Shown: positions 11,501-20,400 of the stretch, in pieces | How the letters are laid out: every line of letters starts with the position of its first letter | Position numbering within the stretch: position 1 is the stretch's first letter | Assembly: GCA_002269645.1 (NCBI GenBank) | Contig: NIVC01000379.1 | Coordinates: forward strand, 1 to 35,675 | Direction of reading: 5' to 3' | DNA: 35,675 nucleotides | Source of the DNA: Macrostomum lignano | Lineage: Eukaryota | The notes under the pieces: generated by a model | Told to the model about the DNA's origin: nothing | Seen by the model: only the letters and a program-made list of their open reading frames with translations | Databases searched by the model: none | Made by a program: the position numbers and the translations under genes

Positions 11501-13419
11501 CAGTTTCTCACCTCGAACAAGCTCGTCAGTCGCAGCTGATAAAACACCGGCACGAATATCAGAGCCGCCAGAACGCAGCCGATCTGCTCGCCAAATATTG
11601 ACAGCACGTACATTGTGCCATTGAAGTAGATCTCGGCTGGACCCCGAGGATTAGTATGGCCGAGTTGAACGACACCAACAGTGACAGGGCCACTGGGATC
11701 ACCTGCTGCTTGCGGCCGCCCATTACGAATTCTTCTTTTTCGTCCGAGCCGGCGCTGCCATCGTCTGCGTTGCCTGTGTAAATATAAGTAGAAAGTAAGT
11801 AAGTAGTAAGTAAGTAAGTAGTAAGTAGTAGGGTTTACTGACATTTTGGCCGAAGATATTTTCCTGGAATTCTCGAGTAGGATGCTTTTACGAAAGAGAA
11901 CTTAGGGTATCACTAGTTGGTACGGTAGTTGAGTTTGGTAGTTGCATGCTGCTACCAGTTTCCCTACTGTTCTTATAATGACATTATGTAAGATTAAAGA
12001 ATGAAAAATGATCCGAAATACTTAATTTTTTGAAGAATGTTACATAATAAACAGACCCAGAGCCCAACTGCTCTATACTTGTATAGCAACTTTCAAATTC
12101 CTTATGTATCCACTGCTAAAATTTCCCCACCCTTAACTACTACTAGTAGGGTAAAAGCTAAAAGTAGGGTAATCTACTTAGCAATCTGCCTTATCACGTT
12201 TTAAACTTTGTCATAAATTTAAGGGTTAAAATTAGGTTCATATGGTATATGTGGATAGGCGCCTATCTCTGCTCTCCTCTCTTCTCTCCTACTGGTACCT
12301 TCTCTTCCATCTCTTTACTTTTCTTTTTACCTTTTCATTAGCGTTATTATTCGACGCATTGTATTAAAAGGGAAGAAACTAAAGCCTTCGAAAACGATTC
12401 ACGTTTGTTTTTATTTTAATTATTTAGTTATTAAATAGAACAGAAGATACTAATTAAAAAGATTTTTATTTTTACTACTTTTGCTAGTAGTGAGTTTCGA
12501 ATACTTAAGACCCAAAAAAACTCGAAAAGCGCATAGTAACAACCAATGACCGAGTAAACTACCGATCGAGGAAACTACTGATGAGGAAACTACCAATCGA
12601 GGAAACTACCTAGTGAGGAAACTACCGATCGAGGAAACTACCGATCGAGGAAACTACCGATCAAGGAAACTACCGATCGAGGAAACTACCGATCAAGGAA
12701 ACTACCGATCGAGGAAACTACCGATCGAGGAAACTACCGATCGAGGAAACTACCGATCGAGGAAACTACCAATAGAGGAAACTACCGATCGAGGAAACTA
12801 CCGATCGAGAAAACTACCGATCGAGGAAACTACCGATCGAGGAAACTACCGATCGAGGAAACTACCGATCGAGGAAACTACCAATGGAGGAAACTACCGA
12901 TCGAGGAAACTACCGATCGAGAAAACTACCAATAGAGGAAACTACCGATCGAGGAAACTACCGATCGAGAAAACTACCGATCGAGGAAACTACCGATCGA
13001 GGAAACTACCGATCGAGGAAACTACCGATCGAGGAAACTACCAATGGAGGAAACTACCGACTGAAAAATCTACCAAAAGAAGAGACCACCGAACGAGGAA
13101 TCTATCATTAGAGGAAACTACCGACCAAGGATACAAATAAAGGAAACTACCGATCGATAAATTGCATCTTTCGGACTATACGTAAATGTACAATCTACAT
13201 CACAGCTGCAGTACCTTTTCGCCGTCCTATAAAGCTTGCTACAATCCCGACCGCCAGTGAAGCGGTCAGAAAGACGCCCAGAACCACGTAGTCGACAGGT
13301 GAAAACTGATTATTAGTTTGCTGGTGCTTGGCGAAAGCTCCAGCGCCTTGACGAGATCCCGGTAGAGAGCTCCACAGAGCTTGCGGCACCAGGTTTGACT
13401 GCCACAATGAATTGTTCAT
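5557..13419 (-). CDS. SLC5 sodium:solute symporter, copy 1, exons 1-11 (remaining exons would lie beyond the left window edge)
   Basis: Exons: 13419-13215, 11773-11512, 10800-10732, 10628-10577, 9697-9624, 9398-9318, 9223-9150, 7906-7766, 7244-7110, 5869-5784, 5671-5557. All are GT-AG with matching phases. Exons 2, 9 and 11 are each 1 bp short relative to copy 2. Confidence 0.9.
5948..6112 (-). mobile_element. 3' half of the tRNA-derived SINE family (also at ~26168-26340)
   Basis: Reverse complement aligns by eye with 19385-19535 (e.g. GTGTGCACCCTGGCGCACTTTAAGCGACAT and CCGACTCCCCTGAGCAGGCA). Confidence 0.85.
6113..6583 (+). repeat. ~43-48-bp minisatellite (AAAAATCATAAAAAAGGCTACGGCCCCCCCGCACATGTACCATGCCT), ~10 units, SLC5 intron 9
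   Basis: Tandem units visible directly; length varies in the C-run. Duplicate at ~26341-26812. Confidence 0.95.
7545..7630 (-). mobile_element. Diverged fragment homologous to the central region of the SINE (duplicate ~27774-27859)
   Basis: TGTACAGCGGCCC...TGTACACTTCACTGTGCCCTGGGGGTGGCTCTCA matches the reverse complement of ~19290-19380. Confidence 0.7.
8044..8822 (+). repeat. (CTCCT)n pentanucleotide microsatellite, SLC5 intron 7
   Basis: ~780 bp of nearly pure pyrimidine repeat; duplicate at ~28272-29098. Confidence 0.98.
9800..10318 (+). repeat. 20-bp minisatellite (AGAGACAGGGGCGCCAACCG), SLC5 intron 4
   Basis: 20-bp period seen directly at 9901-10110; degenerates rightward. Duplicate at ~30025-30543. 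Confidence 0.95.
10842..11200 (+). repeat. 37-bp minisatellite (GAAAACTCTTTACGACAGTCCCGTGACGTCAGCTACA), ~10 units, SLC5 intron 2
   Basis: 37-bp period with no spacers. Duplicate at ~31067-31423 with the same order of variant units. Confidence 0.95.
12556..13158 (+). repeat. 16-bp minisatellite (GAGGAAACTACCGATC), ~35 units, SLC5 intron 1
   Basis: 16-bp period seen directly; duplicate at ~32776-33376. Confidence 0.95.
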
Positions 13420-14269
13420 TTTGTTGAAGAGTTTCCTCGGTCAGACCAATAAACGGTAATCGAAAGTTGAAAAAAGGAATTTGAACTCTTAATTAATTTC
13501 TGGCTTTGAGAAAAGCTAAATACTTGATTGAAAAGGCTTTAAGTACTTGCTTAGGCTTCTCTTATCCTTTCTTTATTTCACATTTTAACACAAACTGTTC
13601 TATAAAGCGTCTACAACATATGCGCAGTTAGTTTAGAGATTTAGAACGTGCAATGCACGACATTTAGCAGTGCACGATACAGATAGCTCGTCAAAAAACA
13701 AACGTGCATGGCAAATAGGTGTTTAAAAATTTTAAAAATTTTAATTTTAATTTTAAAGACATTTTAAAGATATTTTAACATTCAACATTAACTTTAACAT
13801 TTAACTTTAATTTTAACATTTTAAAGACATTTTAATTTAAAAAATTTTCTTTAATTCTAAAGACACACTTTTCTTCTCAAAGAAGAAAATGAAAAAGCAA
13901 TACTTGCGTTGTTACCTGCACTTATAACACAGTCACTGCAGCAGGATATGAACAGACAATTTTTTTCTTCAACTGTAAACTGTAAAAAATTGAAATCCTT
14001 AAGGCTTCTCTGCCGTATAAGAAGAGTGAGTTAAAGTAACGCAAAAGTAACGCAAAAGTAACGCAAACCCGTAATCTGTAGTCGGTCATTGCTGAAAAAA
14101 GCAAAAACTGCTCCTTAAATAATTGTGTCTCTTTTATAGAAATTTTATCGGAACCGAGTGTAGCATCCTAGATCCCTAAAAGTTACTTTTGGTTTACCAA
14201 GATTTAATAAAAAGTATGTCTAAAAATAGTTTCTTATTCTTGCGCATACAATTCGAATTCGCGGGTTGT

Positions 14270-15239
14270 TCAAACAGAAGCAGCCACCATGCATTCAAAA
14301 GTCTTCATTGAGTAGTAGTGGTTCAGTGGATAGCCAATGCCTGGGGAAGAGAACGTAAGTCCGTCGGCCCACAACGGCTCAGACAAGTAAAAAGCTGCTG
14401 GAGGCGTGAAGTACCGACCGTTCGGGTTGAAGCAGTGACAACTGCCGTACCACCAGGCTCCTTGGTAGGTGACTGCGCAGTTACTGGACCATGTGTCTTG
14501 ATCCTTATCCTGTGTGCTGAACATCGCATTGTTCATGTAGGCACCAACGGTATGACTGCAAGTTGCAACATTCGACCGACTGACATCAGGCTCTCCGACG
14601 CTGACTCGGTATCCCTGACTGGCGTCCTGCACGGCGAAGTTAGCGTCCTCCCACCAGTAGCGAGTGCCGTTCCAGTCGCTCATCTCCCACCTCACGCGCC
14701 TGTCTCCGGCTCGAGTGAGCTGGTGGATCGCTTCCAGACCCATCCAGTAGTTTCTGTCCTCGCCCTGTCCGAACTCAGTCAAGTAGTTTGTCCAGTTCCG
14801 GTAGAAATCTACCGAGCCGTCCACTCGGTGCTGGAAGGTTCGCCAGCAGGTTCGTCCGAGCTCGTCCAGCTGTCTCACCTGTAATATCACGGTTAGCCAA
14901 ATGCATAACGATTGAACAGACATTGGAATAAAAATGGATCGCACGGTGAGCACCTACCAGCAGCAGAGGCAGAGTCGAGTTTCTCGCATTGCGGCACTTT
15001 CTGCATCCGCTCGTTCCAAGCTGGCAGCTGTACAATCGACAAGTGTACCGCTCGCGATCGAACTTAATCGCTTGGTGCTGCGGTCTAGCGAGAGTCGCGC
15101 ACTCCAAGTCGCTCCGCACGCCAGCCACCGAGCTGTCAAGCTTGTACTCGCTCAGGTCGTCTCTCTGCACGGTCCAGTTGAGCTGCGACGAAGCAGTTCT
15201 ACACAGCAGAGTGATTACTACAAGAAGTTCAGCATTCAT
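14270..15239 (-). CDS. Secreted fibrinogen-related domain (FReD/FBG) protein, 2 exons, ~296 aa
   Basis: Exon 1 at 15239-14958 (hydrophobic signal-like start MNAELLVVITLLCRTASS; 94 codons). 79-bp GTAGGT...CAG intron. Exon 2 at 14878-14270 carries FReD motifs [35 protein letters not shown] and [15 protein letters not shown]. Confidence 0.9.
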
Positions 15240-16476
15240 CTTCGTTTCGTAGAGCTTCTCAAGTAGTAGGGGCTGACTTTCTGCAGTTGTCTCGGCTTTG
15301 AAAATTTACAGTTAGTTGCAGTTGTTTGCTGGAATCAACTGGATGGTTTCTTTCTCAAATCGCTTTCAGACTGAGAAGCGAGAAAGAGTTTTTTATTGGC
15401 AATTTCTATCTGACTTCGGCTAGAATTTTCCTGTCTAGGGGTTGGAAGAGAAAATTCCATTGTTATTGTAAACTGCTGCCTCCCTGCCGGGGTAGAGAGG
15501 TTAGCGCTAGTCACATGATTCTCAAGTTTTGTTGTTAGCAACGCGACACCAATTTTCTTCCCAACTTCCAATTACGCTCGTAATTTTCCCACAAAGACTC
15601 GCATCCCCCAGTAACTGCGGAGAATTTTATGTATTGAGTTAACTGCCTGAGAAGCCTTACATGTGAAAAGTACCTGTTGCCAGGTGTGCCAGTGGCGTAT
15701 TTGAGGGCTGAGTCAGGCGATACACTGCTGATACTGTGCAGGGGACGCAAGTTAGAGTACTTCTAATGCTGCTAAGGACTGCTACTCACGGGATTAGGAT
15801 GCCGAGCGGCTCATGGTTAGTGCCTTAGAGACAGTGCAAGCATAAATGCTAGCCCATATTCAAACAATGCTGCATATGATTAAAACTTTCTCGATAAATA
15901 AGAAAATCGAAGCAGATTGAACTGTTAGAGTTTTTACCGTAAAAAATACTAGCTTTGTTTGCGTCTATTTTAACTGAAAGCTAAATTGTAGATACAGTGG
16001 CTTTCCACGCATTATTTGCGTTCTCCAGGATGTTCTTTAGTAACATTTAATAATATCACGTAAAATCTTTATGTCTACGTTTTATCTGATATTCAGCATG
16101 CCTTTTCGGGAGCTACTTTCATAAATAGCTCAAAATTCATGTTTATTCATCTACATATCTCCCGCAAAAACAAAAATTTTAAAGGTGCAAGAGCCGCAAA
16201 TCTATAAAAAAGAAGATTTTAAAAAAGATCGCTCTTTCTCGCTATCTACCATCTTTTGCCAGGACCTGCACCGGAGCGGTTACGAAAATTAGATTTCTCG
16301 GTAGTTGCTCGCACTCTTTTGCACTATTTGAGTAGTCTGATTTTCGTTCGGCATGGCTGGTTCCAGCAGGTAGTTCCTCTGGATAAAAGCGCTTACCGCG
16401 CCCATTGGCTTTCCAGCTGCCTTAATCGTTTCCGGTGATCTTGTGTGCGTGCATTCAGCTTGATTGGCTGCGGCTA

Positions 16477-16513
<37 letters not shown>

Positions 16514-16514
16514 C

Positions 16515-16581
<67 letters not shown>

Positions 16582-16611
16582 CATCTATCTATCTATCTAT
16601 CTATCTATCTA
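16477..16611 (+). repeat. (CTAT)n / (GATA)n microsatellite, intergenic
   Basis: ~33 tetramers with two CCAT variants. Confidence 0.97.
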
Positions 16612-17238
16612 CAATATTTTTAATAAAATTATGGATATGCAGCAGTGCAATGCTAAAATTCAATATAAACGGCAGGATTTCACAGTTTTCTGATTTCTCA
16701 CAGACATCAGCAAATAACAGTGCAGAGAAAGACGGTTTGAGTCCAAAAGCTCGAGAGATTTACGGATCGAGAAATTGAGAAAGGCGATGTTCTGTCAAAC
16801 AAGCCGCAGCAGGCCTACGCGGAGCCCATATGCAGATCAATCAAACCTTTAGCATATAATGTCATGAGTTTCCCGCTAAGAGGAAGCCGAACTGCATGTA
16901 CCAGAGTGCCACGGAATCCTGAAACCCATTCCAATGCGTGAATCTTATTGCTTCTTCGCCGGCTGCGATATTAAAAAATCTGTGCGTTATTAAACTCGCT
17001 GGGACGTGTGTACTTTTCAGTTTATTAACATAACTGTGAGAGAAGGATGTATAATATGCAAAGTAAATTGACTTCTAGGAAAGAAAACTGAGTTCTCTGT
17101 AATGCTAATCATTTTATAGAGATTAGGAGCCACTAGGCTCGTGTGGTCAACGCGTCTCAAGCCAGAACCCTTGCTGGTTCCATTTCTGGAGTTTGTCCAA
17201 CGATTCACAGTCATGAGGGTGTACACCCTGCGTGAATA

Positions 17239-17244
17239 TTTATT
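17239..17244 (-). promoter_or_regulatory. Candidate polyadenylation signal AATAAA of the SLC5 gene
   Basis: AATAAA on the minus strand ~210 bp past the stop at 17452; position only, no transcript evidence. Confidence 0.4.
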
Positions 17245-17451
17245 TGACTTTCTAGATTAACAAGCCTGGGTGACAATGGTCTCCAGTTTTAATCGCCTCC
17301 ATTATGGAGTGTAGGAAAGGTATCAAAAATCGAGGATTAAATTTGGATTTGAAAAAGTTATTTAGAGTTAAAGTCAACCTTGAATAAGTTTTCATGGCAT
17401 TGTCTTTTAGACTTTCTAGACATTTGTTTCTCTTGAATCACATCCCTCGGT

Positions 17452-20400
17452 CTAGTCTGTTTTCTTATCAGCAACTGGTCGATCCTCCTCTCCTGATTGG
17501 CCTTCACGCTTAGGTTCGTCAGTTACTTCTCCTGGCTGCACCTCGTCTTCTGATTGGTTGACAGGCTTAGGTTCGTCGGTTGCTTCTCCTGGCTGCACCT
17601 CGTCTTCTGATTGGTCGACAGGCTTAGGTTCGTCATCACCCCTCCGACTCGGAGAGTTGGACTGCTTGGAAAGCTCAGACACCTCAATCGCTTCCGTGTC
17701 ATCGACAGGCTGCACAGCGTTGCTGGGAGTGGCGCGCATCAGGTTTATGTTGCAGGAGCGACTTAGGAACTTGTAGAAGCGAACAAAGTACGGATTGATA
17801 AATGCTTCGTCGACTTCTTCGCGGTAGCCGCCTTAAATAAGTATAGAATTAATTAAAATTTCGAATTCGTTAAACCAGACGCAACTAGCATTAAAACAAA
17901 CTGCTTACGCGTAAATAACGACACAATAAAGCCGCCAGCCGTGGTTGCAGCGGATCCGATTATGGGAAACCACACATAGGAGAGGCTGTACCAGTCGTCG
18001 AGAGGTTCTCTAAGAAGTGTCCAAGATGTAATTTAAAAAAAACGATCAAATTAGTTCAAGAGCCAATTGAATCGAAGTTCTACGACGTAGTAACAGTGTA
18101 GGTCTATAATATCTTTAGCGTCCCGCAAAGAGTGGTTTAATTGCGTCACACAAGACAGTGGATATGGTGTCCCACAAGAGAGTGGTTGGCATCAAATCCC
18201 ACAAGAGAGTGGACATTGCGTCCCACAGCTACAAGAGAGTGGATATGGTGTCCCACAAGAGAGTGGATATGGTGTCCCATAAGAGAGTGGACATTGCGTC
18301 CCACGGCTACAAGAGAGTGGATATGGTGTCCCATAAGAGAGTGGATATTGCGTCCCACGGCTAAAAGAGAGTGGATATGGTGTCCCATAAGAGAGTGGAC
18401 ATTGCGTCCCACGTCTACAAGAGAGTGGACATTGTGTCGCATAAGAGAGTGGACATTGCGTCCCACGGCTACAAGAGAGTGGATATGGTGTCCCATAAGA
18501 GAGTGGACATTGCGTCCCACGGCTACAAGAGAGTGGACATTGCGTCGCATAAGAGATTGGTGAGCATTACATCCAACAAGATAATGGACATTGCGTCTCA
18601 CGTCTACAAGAGAGTGGACATTGTGTCGCATAAAAGATTGGTGAGCATTACATCCAACAAGATAATGGACATTGCGTCCCATAAAACGTGGACATTGCGT
18701 TCCACAATGGAATGGAATTTCATGTACTAAAATTAAGTACGTTTGCACTTCCCCCTATTCATTACTTTTGAAGCGATCGAGCGTCATTAGATAAGTCACT
18801 GCGATGCTTACACAACAGGAGCTTGCGTAGTCCCAACTGTGGTCGGCAGCAGGGTGGTGCCGGGAGTGCCAACGTCGCAATTGCTAATATTCGTTGGCAA
18901 TCCAACAAGTTGTTTTCCATTCAGATAGGAACCAATGCTGAGCCAGCTGGATATAATCAGGCCGCAAACGGAGCCAACGAGAGCACCCTATGAATTTGTT
19001 GTGAAAAATTGCGCTGTTTAAACTTTGCTATTGAATACTGAAATTTATCAACTCAACATTGCATTTCGTTTGTCATCTGACCATATTAATTGCGTCTGGT
19101 ATCTTAACCATTGTACTTTAGTCTGGTATCTAAAACTATTGTACTTTAGTCTAGTATCTTAACCATTGTACTTAGAGGGGGCCGTAGCCCAGCGGTAGAG
19201 CAGCTGCTCTGGTGTGCCAGCGACCCAGGCTCGATTCCAAGTGCAGTCACATTAATTTGGGGCTGAATTGGAATCTCGGCTTGGCTCTTCTCGTGCAATT
19301 AACGGCCTTGAGAGCCAACCCCCCAAGGCGCAGTGAAGTGTACATGCCTAACGATAAAATAAAGTTAGGGCCGCTGTACACTCCTGTGTGAGTGTGTGCC
19401 TGCGTACGTATCCGCGCGCTTGTATGCCTGCTCAGGGGAGTCGGCGGAATGAGCAGTAATGCCTCTCGCCGGTTGTGTGCCTATGTCGCTTAAAGTGCGC
19501 CAGGGTGCACACAACCCCCTGCCTCTAATAAAAAAAACCATTGTACTTTAGTCTGGTATCTAAAACTATTGTACTTTAGTCGGTATCTTAACCATTGTAC
19601 TTTAGTCTGGTATCTAAAACTATTGTACTTTAGTCTGGTACCTTAACCATTGTACTTTAGTCTGGTATCTAAAACTATTGAACTTTAGTCTGATATCTAA
19701 AACTATTGTACTTTAGTCTAGTATCTTAACCATTGTACTTTAGTCTGATATCTAAAACTATTGTACTTTAGTCTAGTATCTTAACCATTGTACTTTAATC
19801 TAGTATCTTAACCAGTGCACTTACATATTTATTAACGAACGGGAATAGAACTCCCATTGAAAACAGTCCAAGCAATGGGGCACCAAAAGAACCAGAGAAA
19901 GAAAGCGATGCCTGAAGCACCGTTCCACCGAATCGAGTCGAAATTAGGCCCATTAATACCGCTGAGACTCCATAGCACACGACTGAAACAGATATAATAG
20001 CGGAAATATTGGTCGGAAAGCAGTACGTTGCAGCCAGCTTCCAACAGCAGTCACAGAGACCTCTGTAGTTTTCGACTGTGTCAGCTGGCGCCTTTCTGTA
20101 GCTAGCGCCTCCCCTCTGTAGCTGGCGCCCCCTCTGCAGCTAGCGCCTCCCCTCTGTAGCTGGCGCCTCCCCTCTGTAGCTAGCGCCTACCCTCTGTAGC
20201 TAGCGCCTTCCCTCTGTAGCTAGCGCCTCCCCTCTGTAGCTAGCGCCTCCCCTCTGTAGCTAGCGCCTCCCCTCTGTAGCTAGCGCCTCCCCTCTGTAGC
20301 TGGCGCCTCCCCTCTGTAGCTGGCGCCTCCCCTCTGTAGCTAGCGCCTCCCCTCTGTAGCTAGCGCCTCCCCTCTGTAGCTAGCGCCTCCCCTCTGTAGC

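Larger units (their letters stand above)
1..15460 (+). repeat. Copy 1 (partial) of a ~20.2-kb direct segmental repeat
   Basis: Colinear near-identity with ~20235-35675. Offsets drift from 20237 (401 vs 20638) to 20233 (970 vs 21203), 20226 (9403 vs 29629) and 20215 at the window end. Confidence 0.97.

Noticed and set aside
14034-14068. Three copies of AAGTAACGCAA, plus AT-rich TTTTAA low-complexity sequence at ~13730-13860
   Set aside because: Too short to assign to an element; no terminal repeats could be defined.
16690-16900. Possible plus-strand exon after TTTCTCACAG
   Set aside because: Short frame, no recognisable motif and no partner exons.
19177-19250. Possible tRNA gene
   Set aside because: A/B boxes are present, but I could not fold a convincing anticodon arm or acceptor stem, and the sequence continues into a repeated body and A-tail; treated as a SINE head.
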